A stretch of DNA of 62,560 nt, counting the filler. It is 11 parts of 11 records of this genome, joined end to end, with 100 filler letters (N's around TTAATTAATTAA, not from the genome) between each part and the next. Parts side by side here need not be neighbours in the genome. Positions count along the whole stretch, not along the records: positions 36,212 to 40,987 come from SRR7504441_15889; positions 41,088 to 46,656 come from SRR7504441_15891; positions 46,757 to 58,486 come from SRR7504441_15896; 8 more parts are not named here. The stretch is one strand, 5' to 3'. Under the pieces are notes generated by a model. The model ran no database searches. It saw nothing but the letters and a program-made list of their open reading frames with translations, and was not told the origin of the DNA. Positions 36,112-47,255 of this stretch are shown in pieces; position 1 is the first letter of the stretch, and each line of letters opens with the position of its first letter. The translations under genes were made by a program, and so were the position numbers.

Positions 36112-36372
36112 NNNNNNNNNNNNNNNNNNNNNNNNNNNNNNNNNNNNNNNNNNNNTTAATTAATTAANNNNNNNNNNNNNNNNNNNNNNNNNNNNNNNNN
36201 NNNNNNNNNNNTGATTCGGATTGCAGACGTGTGCCGTTCGATTTTCAGGACGCGCCAACGGCGCCATGTGCACCATGTCAATCTGCAATACCCCCCAGTG
36301 CTTCTAGAGACTCTCCGTGCCAGAACTCGAGCTCAACAAACCTGGCCGGCCCACCCGGCCCGCCATCTCTAG

Positions 36373-38106
36373 ATGGCCACCATCATCTCGCCCCAGTGTG
36401 TCCCGATCCAGGCCGGGCGCGGGTCCCCCCCCGCGCACGACCCAGCTAGCCCGTTCTGCTACACGGCCGACGACGAGCCCGAGCATCTAGAGCTTGACGC
36501 AGTGCCCCACGCACCGCGCTGGCCGATCGCCCGCACCCCCAAGAGGGTCTCCAGCCTGCCCAAAAAGTCCGTCAAGCCAATCGGGGACAACCTAACCGGG
36601 CGCGACAGTCAGTACCTCCCCGCTACCGAGTCCGATCTCACGGCCCCGTCCGAGGCCCGGATCCAGGCGTTCGGGGCGTCCTGGTGCGACCTGCTGTGGA
36701 AGCCGGTGTCTGACGCGATCAGCTACGTCGTCTTCATTCGGTCGGACAAGATCGGTGGGCAGAGGGCCCACTACTTGCGGTACCACCTGGACATCCCGGG
36801 CGACGAAGACGCGAGCGCCTGCCAGTTTCGGGTGAGCGAGATGCTGCCATCGCGCAAGTACGAGATCCACGTCGCGGCAGGCGATCGGGTCAAGAGCGTT
36901 GGGCCTTTAAGCCAAATGGTCCGGTGCAACACGACCAGTCACAACGCGAATGAGCCCAAGGCACACGCCGAGAGTGTGTGCCCGATGCCACAGGCCGACG
37001 AGCCGGTGGACGAAGTGCCAATCATGGTGTACGGCGACATAGAGTGTAATATGATATTGTCCAAGCGGAACAACAAACGAAGAGCTCACGAAGCCAAATT
37101 AGCCGACCCGCTCCTGGATGAGATAGAGTCAGGCCTGCCGGTTGTGCCGTGCGTAGTGGTCAGCACAGTGATGGTACCCAGGGCAGGCCGCGGGGTGGTC
37201 ACCCGGCTGGCGTGGAACCAGCAGAAGGCTCAGACGCACCAGTGTCACTACCCTGCCTGTGGACAGCTGTTCAAAGTGTCCGGGAACAAGACTCGGCATG
37301 AGAGGACCTGCAAGCGCGACGTTTGCGAGGCCAACACTGACGAGCACGGCAACTTGAAGGGGTTCACGCTCAAGTGTCGCTGGAAGGATTGCCAGTTCAG
37401 GGTTGAGATGCCTGTAGTTCAGCCTGGATCTTCATACGACATCCAGTCCAACATCCCCGAGGCGTTCATGCGGCACATAGAGTCGCACATGCCACCTATC
37501 ACCACCAAAACGGCCCGGTCTGAGCAGGTCTGGTGCCAGTGGCGCGGCTGCGGCAAGGTGCCCATGTATGCTCAATCGCTGCACCGTCATGTGAAAGAGT
37601 CTCATCTCGGCGCTGGCAACCGGTACAACACAGGTCAAGGCGGTCTCCCGATCCAGACCAGCTGCCCCCCGGTGGCCCTCGTGCCGCCCGGTGATATTGG
37701 CCCGTTGACAATGGCCCCAGTATTGATGCCGGTGACAATGGCCCCTGTAGTGCTCCCGCAGTCAGTTGCGATGGCTCCAGTTGAGACTCCCTACGCGGTC
37801 CCACAGCCGTCTATAGCTCTAGTGGCGAGGCAGCTTTTGCCACAAAATTTGGTCCCGGAGCTGATGGTGCCGCCTATGAACACTGAGCCCGACATTGCAA
37901 TAGAAGCGACTGAGCAGCCCGACCAATGCGACGGTCAGGTGGGCAATCCTGTGATGTGGCCAGGCGCGGATGAGAACTCGCCGGGCAATTTCGGGATCCA
38001 TGCCAACGGAATGATGCAATTCCATCCTCTCTTGGATCCGAGTCTACTGTTCAGTGCGCAGTTTCAATTGCAAACGCCATCATCGGGTTTGTGCAGCCGC
38101 AGGTAG
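36373..38106 (+). CDS. FN3 domain + C2H2 zinc-finger protein, intronless
   Basis: FN3: APSEARIQAFGASWCDLLWKP...VSEMLPSRKYEIHVAA. Fingers CHYPACGQLF...HERTC, CRWKDC...HIESH, CQWRGC...HVKESH. P/M/V-rich tail. Confidence 0.8.
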   Translation: MATIISPQCVPIQAGRGSPPAHDPASPFCYTADDEPEHLELDAVPHAPRWPIARTPKRVSSLPKKSVKPIGDNLTGRDSQYLPATESDLTAPSEARIQAFGASWCDLLWKPVSDAISYVVFIRSDKIGGQRAHYLRYHLDIPGDEDASACQFRVSEMLPSRKYEIHVAAGDRVKSVGPLSQMVRCNTTSHNANEPKAHAESVCPMPQADEPVDEVPIMVYGDIECNMILSKRNNKRRAHEAKLADPLLDEIESGLPVVPCVVVSTVMVPRAGRGVVTRLAWNQQKAQTHQCHYPACGQLFKVSGNKTRHERTCKRDVCEANTDEHGNLKGFTLKCRWKDCQFRVEMPVVQPGSSYDIQSNIPEAFMRHIESHMPPITTKTARSEQVWCQWRGCGKVPMYAQSLHRHVKESHLGAGNRYNTGQGGLPIQTSCPPVALVPPGDIGPLTMAPVLMPVTMAPVVLPQSVAMAPVETPYAVPQPSIALVARQLLPQNLVPELMVPPMNTEPDIAIEATEQPDQCDGQVGNPVMWPGADENSPGNFGIHANGMMQFHPLLDPSLLFSAQFQLQTPSSGLCSRR

Positions 38107-38371
38107 CCAGGTACGCAGGGCCGCGGGTTGCATGACACAATCTGACATTGAGTCGAGTAGCAAGACTAGCAACCTTCGTGAACCTTGGTGAACGCAATTA
38201 ATTCTAGATTGCGCACAATCGTGAGTCTTGGGTCATATGAAATTTAATGTAAAGTCCTAATAGTCCGAGAGCCTCATCGGCGTAAAATAGCTCGCTCACC
38301 CGTCTTGCTTCTCTACGATTCCAAGCTCGAGGGTTTCATGGCACATAAATATGCGCCACTATTCGTGCATC

Positions 38372-39621
38372 TCATTGATCGACGGTGCTGTAGCCGCCAC
38401 CGCCGGCCTTGCCGAAGCAAGTTTGGAGCAGGCCAAAAGTATAAGCAAAGCCATCCGAAACCAGTCCAGGGTAATCTCTCCAGAATTCAATATTTGGCAC
38501 AGCCTCGATCCCGGTCACGCCTGCAGCCCGCTCACAGGCGCTCGGGTCGGGCGGCACCGAGCTTCTTCATCTTCCAGAAGATCCCGACCCCGCAGTACAC
38601 CACGAGCAGCACGCAGAAAAAGATAAGGAAGATCCAGCCATTTGACAGGCCTGCACCACCGCTCGCCACCCAGCAGCCCCAGACTAGATCTAGACCTGTC
38701 TCCTTCTCCATCCAATTCATCTCGTACGGACAGCCGGCGGCGGCCTCGAGCACGAACATGTAGCCATCGCTCCGCGTGCGGTAGTTCATTCCAGGCGCGA
38801 ACACCACAGAGTTGCCGGTCATTGTGATCTCGGGGTTGCACAACACAAACACAGTGAGCGACTTGTCTGAACTCTGCGCCGCGGGCATTCCCGGCTGCTG
38901 CATTCCCGGCTGCTGCGCGCCCGCCTGCGGCTGGCCGTTCTGCGCAGGCCATTGCTGGAGAAGACGCCTTCCGGTTGGCCACTGGTTTCCGCCCTGCGGA
39001 GGTGCTTGCCCGGTGCCCTGCTGTGGAAAGCCGGTGTTGGGTTGCTGCGGGAAGCCGGCCTGGGGCTGGCCCTGCTGTCCAAATCCTCCGGCCTGGCCGC
39101 CCATCTGGTTGGCGCCCATTGGGTTGCCCCCATAGCCCCCGCCGGCGCCCGGGGCAGGGTAGTAGATCTTGATGCCTTTGGTCTGGGTATCGAACTGCGG
39201 GTTGTTCTTGGTCTTGAAGTTGATATCCACGATGTCGTTCTGCCCCCGCCTGGTCACAAGGCCCAGCTGCGGCCGGCCGGCAAGGGGGCGCGGGCCTCAC
39301 CTGATCGAGTTGAGCCCTCTCGCGACCCATGTAGGTGCCGATCGAGGTCTCCTCGGCACCCATCTGGGCGCTGACGCTCTGCTTGCAGCCGGGGGAGGGT
39401 ACGCCGCTGGGTGTCATACAGGCCGAGGCCCCGCAAAAGTTGATCTTGAACAAATCTTGCCCGTCGTAGAACCGGTGCGGGTTGTTCACCGCCCGCTTGA
39501 GATCCTTCAACTCGAACTCCTGCCCATCCAGTACCATGTTGCAATTCGTCCCATCCGCCTTGGAGTTTTCTCTGGCCCAGGCCAGCGTAAGCCCCACGCA
39601 CACGAGCGCCAGGTGCTTCAT
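38372..39621 (-). CDS. Cation-dependent mannose-6-phosphate receptor/ATG27-like type I membrane protein; 2 introns
   Basis: Signal peptide. MRH features (FELKDL, FKINFCG, GCKQ, AAAGCP). TM GLSNGWIFLIFFCVLLVVYCGVG. Tail GIEAVPNIEFWRDYPGLVSDGF...GYSTV. Confidence 0.88.
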
Positions 39622-40102
39622 CGCTCGCGAGAACGTTTCCAACGACACCCTATTGAAGTACGGTACGTCGAAAAGAAAAATAAAATGAATGGATGCCAAG
39701 TGATCATGCGGATCATGATCATGAGGTGCGTCATGAACATCTGCAAACCGCACCACCGACGCTGGTCTACACAACCAACCGAGGGCCAAGCGTACTGGTT
39801 GGGCGACCTCTGAGGTATTACAATGGCATCCTCTACTCTAAGGTACATACACGTTTGGGGAGGGCTTTCGCGGCCGCGCGGCCGGCTGCAATGGGGCACG
39901 GACGATCACTATGCTTACACTATGCTTGTTGGAGGGGCTGCGAGTATTGTGAGCAAGGCATGATCATGACTTGTTAAATGTGCATCAAGGCACGGAATAT
40001 ACAGAGATTTGACTGAACTTTGAACAAAAAACGGTAAATAAATTTATGGGCTTTATACCGGTCGTGACATCTCGAAAAGCTTCACAAACTCAACGAAAAA
40101 GT

Positions 40103-40987
40103 CTACCGAGTATAGTATTGCGGTGGTTGTTGCGTCTCGTTCATGAACGCGGCGAGTGATTGGTCCATGCTGAAGCTCACTAGCTTGAGCACCTGCTTGG
40201 TGCCCTACCAACACACACAGGTTAAATTGATGCCTGGATCACTATTGACTAGGCATGCACTCACCGCGGCAGCCCGCGTCGGCAGCCAGCCACGCCCAGC
40301 CTTGTCATGAACCCACACAGCATCTGCACCTATCCCACCCAGCCAGTGAGCCACCCACCGGGCTGCATCGCGACACCCTGGCAAATGCGATCCGCCTCGA
40401 TTGTGTCTGGTGCAGTTGGCCCGACAAATTCGAGATTCTGCCCACAGTGAGCAGCGCCTAGTCGTAGCAGCACCTTGTCCCCAATAGATGGCGTGTTTCG
40501 GAACGCCACACCAGGCATCGGCACCATTACCTTGTAGATCTTGGTCCCAAACTCAAAGGCGGGTCCGAGCCCATAGTTGGTGTCGGCAGCCTCGGTCACT
40601 GCCGTGAGCGCATGCCTGGCTGCCTCGACCTCCTCCTCAAGCAGCGCGCACTCCGACTTGAGCGCAATGATGTCCTGCTGCAGCACCTGCTCCTCCGCTG
40701 CGACTCGCTCCCTCTCCGCCTGCTCCTGTGCCGCCCTCTCCTTTGCCTCAGCGGCCCGCCTCTCGTGGATCAGCTTGTCTAGAGTCCGCTGCTTGTGCAA
40801 GAGCACCTTCCGCTGCCTGCTGCCCTTGGGTGCTTTGAGCAGTGCGCGATTCACCGCATCCAGCTGCTCGTTCTGCGCACGCCAGTCTGCCCCCACCTCG
40901 GCGTATGCCTCCTGGACGGCTTGCTCGTACTCGGCAGGGTCCACAGTCCCATCGCCGTCCCTGTCCATCTGGGCGACTGCCTGCTGC
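40103..40987 (-). CDS. EF-hand + coiled-coil + SH3-like protein, 5'-truncated
   Basis: DRDGDGTVDPAE loop, coiled coil, then YKVMVPMPGVAFRNTP...ICQGADAVWVHDKAGRGWLP after splicing. Confidence 0.6.
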
Positions 40988-41431
40988 NNNNNNNNNNNNN
41001 NNNNNNNNNNNNNNNNNNNNNNNNNNNNNNNTTAATTAATTAANNNNNNNNNNNNNNNNNNNNNNNNNNNNNNNNNNNNNNNNNNNNTTTTGACGTAGGA
41101 AGTGAGCTTTTTGACGTCACTGCTGGAGCAGTAGTGCCCATGGTAGTGCCATGACTGCCATCCGGTTGTGCCGTCCGTGCCGTCTCGACAGGCCCTTAGG
41201 CCTTTAGGCCTTGACCAGCAGTCCAGGCCACCGGTCTGATTGCCGCTCCACACCGACACCATCAAACTCTGAACCCATTCGGGTTGCGAATTGGGCCTAG
41301 GGTTGGACCACTCACCATCATGGCCAGTCCACCAACGAGCTGAAGCCGTGATCAGTCTGTCAGCAGCAGCTGAGTGCAAAAGAAGCCTCCGAGCTATCTT
41401 GGGTCTATGCCAGAAGGGCGCTGAGGAGAGG

Positions 41432-42749
41432 ATGGCGGCCGCGCCCGGGCCGGAGGAGGGGACCACCTCGTACCGGACCAAGGGGAAGAAGGTGGTGAGC
41501 GGCCAGCTGCTCCGGGGCAACGTCCGGAACATCTGCGGCTTCCGCTCCTCGGCATCGATCCCGGCCAAATTCGAGACGGCGCGCCCGTCGGCCGGGAGCC
41601 CCGGCCAGCCGGGGTGGCAGGTGATCCACGACGGGAACAAGGAGCGGAACGCGTTCAACTGCCGGATCTACCGGTTTGACGACAACCAGGTCCCGGTCCG
41701 GCCGGGGCGCGAAACCAAGGTTGGACAGGACGAGCTACCAGGAGTGGGCAAGTACTCGCTGCACCGGTCGGCGGGGTCCGAGTTTGAGCGGAGGGACACC
41801 TCGGTCTCCAAGCGGGTGCGGCCAGCGGTGGGCCGGCGCTGACGCAGTTTAGGGGCTGGGGCCGATCTGTTCCAAGGACTTTTCGAACAAATCGTTCACC
41901 TGGGCGGGGATCAAGGCGGCCGTCCCGGGGCCTGGGGCGTACGAGAACACCCAAGCGCTCGAGAAGAGCTGGAACCAGCGACAGGATAAGTGTCTGTTCG
42001 CTGGCCGGTCCGGCAACAGCTTCTACTCATCCGATCCGACGCCGGGCCCTGCAGATTACGATGTGAGTGCGGCTCGGTGAGCGCCGAGCTGACTGGGCGG
42101 CAGCCGCACGCTGGGCTCGGGCGGAACAAAGGGCCTGGGCAGGCCTCGTTCAACTCTCGGGCGATCCGTCTCAAGGAGAAGCGCGCCAAAGGCCCGGCGC
42201 CTGGTGCTTATGAGGTCGGGAGGAAACCATTTGACAAAGCCGAGTACGGGAACATACCGTCGGCCGCGTTCAGTTCGGCCTGCGGGCGGGACGTGGTGCG
42301 CCGTTATGTTTATGATATATGCTGAGGGCGTGCAGATGGCTGAGAAGCTGGCAGTGAAGGCTGCCAAGTTGCCGGGTCCGAGCAGTTACTCAGACACGCA
42401 AGGGCACTTGCTCGGGCTGCGCGGGGCGGGCGGGCACATGTTCACCGGGAAGATCCAACGGGCCCCGTTTGCGCTGGCCGACCCCGATGTGATTGAGGCC
42501 AGGCAACAGGCCAAACTGGAGGGCACGCCGGGACCCGGGAGCTACTTTGAGCATGACGACCCGGCATCGGCCAACCCCAAGGCTAAGAGCCGGAGGACCA
42601 AGGGCTCGGCGTCGTTCAAGTCCAACACAGCCCGGAGCAGCTACATGAGCGTCAAGGCCACGCCCGGCCCGACGCATTATAAGACGCCGGCGATCGGGAA
42701 GCCGCTGACAAAGTCGTTCCATCTAAACACGACCGGGACCTGGGTCTGA
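41432..42749 (+). CDS. STPG1: Sperm-tail PG-rich repeat (SHIPPO) protein, STPG1-like; ciliary
   Basis: SIPAKFET...ERNAFN..RF N-terminus. Repeats LPGVGKY, PGPGAY, PAPGAY, LPGPSSY, TPGPGSY, TPGPTHY. Ends SFHLNTTGTWV. Confidence 0.75.
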
Positions 42750-42997
42750 GATAACAGCGATGTGTAGGCCTGGGTTTTATGTGATTCACTAACTAAACCT
42801 TCGAGTTGACACCTCATTACGGCCTGACATTCATGGGTACGGTACGATACGTATTGTACTGACTTGTACGCTTTGAACTATTGCGATGCTCTCCTTGTTT
42901 ATGCGGAGCTTTGTGTCTATATTTGATGCTCTAATAAACGCCCTCGGGCACGAACCACAACTGCCGATCACCCCACCCGCCCTCGACCGCCTGCAGC

Positions 42998-43498
42998 CTA
43001 GTCGTCCGGGCCCCTACCCCCCCCGACTCAGTCTCTCCCGGCGTCGCGCCCAACACCTGATCTGGGAGAAATCCCAGCCGGGCTCATTCCGGACAGACTT
43101 GTAGGTGACCGTGAGCACATACCCGCCGGGGGGGAGCGTGATGCAGCTGATCACTAGGTACGGGTAGCATTCGCTCAAGCCCCACACCCACACCCCGCAC
43201 AGGAAGACGAGCGCAAACACCGAGCCCACGCTGAACAGGAACAGCCCCAGGCATACCGGCCGCCGCGGGATCCCTTTGCCGGTCCGCGGGTCTCGCCAAT
43301 CCCGCGCGTCCCTGAACCACCTGCCCGGCGTCGCCTGGCCCCTGGGGCGGGAAACCTGACGCAGGGGACCCACTGGAAGCGGTCGTACGGGGCGGCCTGG
43401 GGCGTCAGGCGGGGGGTGGCCGCCTCGAAGTCGGCCAGCCGCTCCAGCTGCTCCCCCTCCCCCATATCCGAGTGCTCAGACCCCGCACCGAGGGACAT
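42998..43498 (-). CDS. TMEM230/TMEM134 (DUF872)-family small membrane protein
   Basis: IPRRPVCLGLFLFSVGSVF...YLVISCITLPPGGY...GWDFSQI, ending PDD after a short intron. Confidence 0.8.
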
Positions 43499-43526
43499 CG
43501 AGCCGGAGGGTCAATAACGGAACGAA

Positions 43527-45905
43527 ATGCAGGGCGGGGAGCTGGTGGGCAGGAGCTTGATGACGACTGACCATGGCGGGCGGCAGCGACATCTGGAGGC
43601 GGCGGCGGGGGTGGGCGGGCTGCTGCGCACCAGCCTGGGCCCGGCCGGCCGGCGCAAGCTGCTGGTGCCTGGCTGGCCGGCGGTTGGGCAGCTGGAAGTC
43701 CAGGTGTCGCCCACTGGCGAGCTTAGCGTAACCAAGGACGGGCACACGCTGATGCAGCAGCTCCAGCTGCAGGTAGCTGCCGGCCCAGCCAATCTGACCG
43801 CCGGCAGGCCCATCCGATCGGAAGGCTGCTGGTAGGGCTTGCCGAGGCGGTGCAAGGCCAGTGCGGCGACGGCACCACCACCGCGGTGGTACTGGCAGGC
43901 TGCCCCCGCCCAGGTCCCGACGGTGACGATGGCGGGCAGGCGCGTTATGCGAGGCGGCCGCCCGGATGATTGCGCAAGGGGTGCACCGGTGGGGCAGCTG
44001 GGCTGTGGCGAGGCAGCCGACGGGCAGGTTGGCCGTGATCCGTGGCTTCTGCAACGGACTTGACCTGGCCAGCCGGCAGCCAGCGGAGCGGGCACGGCTC
44101 ACTGTCAGGGCAGGGCGATGGCAGCCACCGCCACTGATCGAGCCTCGCCTGAGGACGCCATCACGGTGCAGGGCCTCGCAGCGGTGTGAGTCGTCACAGG
44201 TGTCGCTCGCCGGCGGGGACGAGCCGCGCTGGCGGGAGTATGCTGAGGTGCCCTCGTGTCGGCCTGCTCAACATACCCGGCACAGTTGTGTTGGGAGGCA
44301 CAGCAGGCAGCCAGAGAGCAGGGCAGGCCTAGCGTCCGCCGGTGAGTGCCAGTGGCGGCTGCAGGGCAAGCCTAGGCCAGCTGGGAGGGCGCGGGCGACC
44401 TTCGGCTGCAGCTGGTGCGCGGGGCAGTTTGGAGCACCGGATGTCTGCTGTCGGAGGCCCCTGCGCAGGTGCGGAGCAAGGGGTGTCGGGCGACTGTGTG
44501 GCAGGACACTCGGTTGGTGGCTCTCTCTTGCTCCTTGGAAGCGTCGCTGCCCAAGACCAAGCTGACTGTACGGCCGGGGCCGGGCGCGGAGTCAGGGCTC
44601 GTTAGGTGAGCCTGAACCCTGACGAGCGCGGACCGATGGAGAGGTTTGTGCTGGAGGATAGGGAGCGAATTGTATCAACAGTGCTTGATCTGGAGCCAGG
44701 ACTGGTGCTCTGCCAGTTCGGCGCGGACCCGATGGTGTGCGATGTAACGGACTCGGCGTTAACGGATTGGGCAGGTGGCGGACTGCCTCAGGCAGGCCGG
44801 AGTGCTGCTGATACCTTGGGTGCTCTCTGGCTGAGGTGGCCAGAGTGTGGCGCAGGTGTCGGGAAACGACCTGGAGAGGGCGGCCCTGGCGGCTGGCGCC
44901 CCGATTGTGCCGCGGCTGGAGCTGCTGCAGGCATGCGGCCGGGCTATGTCTAGTATATGTCGGGCAGGAGAGCAGTCTAAGCCAGCCATGTTCGGTTCGT
45001 CTGGAGCGGCTAGATGGTGCCGCCAACGGCCGGCTGAGCGCTCAGTCGGGCGGCAGCCCGCACCACCGGGGTGTTGCTCGAGAGGCCCAGCTCGCCGGTA
45101 TGCCGAGAGCGCAGTGCGTGCCAGCTGTGGCAGGTGGTTGTCCTGCTGGTCCGTGGCGGGATAGAGAGCGCGGCTGAGGGGCTGCGGACTGCGCTCGGCG
45201 ATGGGGTGCGCGGGTAGCGCGCGGGGGGGGTGAGCCTGTGGGGCAGATCGGGTGCGCGGCAAGTCTGATTGAGGTTGGGGGTGTGCTGGAGTGGTGTGGA
45301 GGCTGGGCAGAATCAGAGGATGGTGCCCGGAGGAGGATGCGCTGAGACGGCCGGCGCGGCCGGACTGCTGGCGGCGGCAGACCGGACCAGCGGGGTGGGC
45401 TGGTGGTTCGTGCCCCGGTGAGAGGGGTTAGGTCGAGGCGACTGTGCTGCGAGGCTTTGCGAACGCGTTGCTCACGCTGCCGCTGACTCTGGCAGAGAAT
45501 GCAGGCCGAGTGGGCGACGAGGTCGGTTTATAAATATAAATATTTGAGCCCGGGCAGGTGGCGGAGGAACTAGTCAAGCTGCACTCTGAGCAAGCCGACC
45601 AACGGTGCGATTGAGAGTGTATCGAGGCGAGTCGGGGCAGATGTGGGCTTGGGGTGGACTGCAGCGGGGAGATAACAGACATGGCGGCCGCGGGGGTGAC
45701 GGGCGCTGGTGGCTGGCACGGACGGTTTGTGGGCAGGTGTTTGACTCGCTCGGAGCCAAGATGCGTGTGGTCCGATGCTTGGGCCGACGCAGTGACCTGA
45801 TCGAGTTGTTATCAGGTGACTGCAGCCACCGAACTGGCCAATGCGATCGTCAAGCTGCACCCCGAGGTCATCGTCGTACCCAAGCTGGACGTGTGGGCCC
45901 CGTAG
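43527..45905 (+). CDS. Highly divergent group II chaperonin (CCT/TCP-1-like), intron-rich
   Basis: LLRTSLGPAGRRKLL, VTKDGHTL, HPIGRLLV, GDGTTTAVVLAGAL, MVPGGGCAE, GFANALLTLPLTLAENAG, VFDSLGAK...ATELANAIVKL. Confidence 0.8.
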
Positions 45906-46274
45906 CGTCGTGGAAATAATTACAAACCCTCGCACTATTGCTCCTTAAGTACTGTCAGCTTTCTGTCGTAGTCAAACCGAATCGATTATTGTGCCTTGTC
46001 GTACAAGAAATCTGACATGCGTGTCGTGGGGAGTGCTGTCGCGGCATGCGATCGAAATCGATTGGTAGGCCCTGCGGCGCCCCGACCTGCCCGGTTCCCC
46101 CGCCCGATGTCGCCCCCAAGTCCAGCGGTCCTGCTGCTTTATTGGATGTTGATTAGAGACTGCCTACAGGCGACCACAGGCCGCATAGCACCGGCCTCCG
46201 GCTGTCGACAGCCCTCCAGCAGCCCCAAACCGGCCTTCGTCGCCTCGCCCCGGCGACCAGCGGCCCACCTTATA

Positions 46275-46656
46275 ATCACTTCTCGGCCTCCTCGCCGACC
46301 AGCCGCGCCTCGCCCCTGGGCCGGCCGGCTGACTCCTGAGGGCTGGGGCCGGGCACCAGTTTTCGTCGAATAGGCAGAAGAGGACCAAGAGCGTGAAGAG
46401 AGACATCGTGGCTACCGACCAGAATATCCAGTAATCTCCGGCCGCTGCCCGCCGCGGTGAGTTTCAGGCCGCCACGGGCCCACGGGCAGGCAGGCGAGCA
46501 GGCAGGCGAGCAGGCGGGCCGGCGGTGGGAGGAAGGGGGTGCGGACCGATGGTGCAGAAGATGAGCACCAGTAGTAAGAACGTAAGGAACGAACCGCAGA
46601 ACGACGCCATGCCCGCTGAGTCGTCAGCCCTCAGGTAAGCCCGCGTGCCAACGGAA
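46275..46656 (-). CDS. Fragment of a membrane protein (two hydrophobic segments), 5'-truncated
   Basis: SFCGSFLTFLLLVLIFCTI|AAGDYWIFWSVATMSLFTLLVLFCLFD after splicing. The 3' end is ambiguous. Confidence 0.4.
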
Positions 46657-46757
46657 NNNNNNNNNNNNNNNNNNNNNNNNNNNNNNNNNNNNNNNNNNNN
46701 TTAATTAATTAANNNNNNNNNNNNNNNNNNNNNNNNNNNNNNNNNNNNNNNNNNNNG

Positions 46758-46925
46758 GGACGCCTATTCACCACTCGTGAATCTGCGAGGTTTCAATCAT
46801 GGCCAGACCGGCATAGTGGGGGCAAAACCCAAGCCGAGCAGCAGCGCAACTACGGCAATTTGGTGCCGCCGTTACTAGCCAAAGCCTTAGGGACAGCGAT
46901 AGTCAAAGCCGGTAAGTATCAATAA
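46758..46925 (+). CDS. C-terminal fragment of a C5 cytosine DNA methyltransferase (motifs IX-X), 5'-truncated
   Basis: Reads GRLFTTRESARFQSWPDRHSGGKTQAEQQRNYGNLVPPLLAKALGTAIVKAGKYQ*, matching the pattern R.(L)T.RE.AR.Q.FPD...GNAVPP.LA.A.G. Confidence 0.8.
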   Translation, partial: GRLFTTRESARFQSWPDRHSGGKTQAEQQRNYGNLVPPLLAKALGTAIVKAGKYQ

Positions 46926-46973
46926 TGCACCGCAATGACAAGCATTCGGTATTAAATAAGATTTCGTAAACCC

Positions 46974-47006
46974 ATGTCAATGTTATGTCAATGTTATGTC
47001 AATGTT
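46974..47006. repeat. Tandem repeat (ATGTCAATGTT)x3
   Basis: Three exact 11-bp copies in AT-rich DNA downstream of the methyltransferase fragment. Confidence 0.95.
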
Positions 47007-47255
47007 TGAAACAGATTTCAATCTCTGTTCCAAATCTTCCAATACTGTTCCAGTTCAAGCGGTATTCAGGCGGTTGATCATGCGATCGTGACGAAATAAG
47101 AGTACATGTAACTATTTAAGGATGGCAGCATGGACGGATATCGATTAGATATCGATGACAAGATCGCTGCATAACCATTACTACAATCATAGGCCCACAC
47201 GATTTTATCAATCTTGCATCATGATCGACAAAACAAGTTTACTAGCTCTCTCGGT

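Noticed and set aside
41088-41400. Minus-strand gene divergent from STPG1
   Set aside because: It is plausible from the gene layout, but the frame and start cannot be fixed from the fragment.
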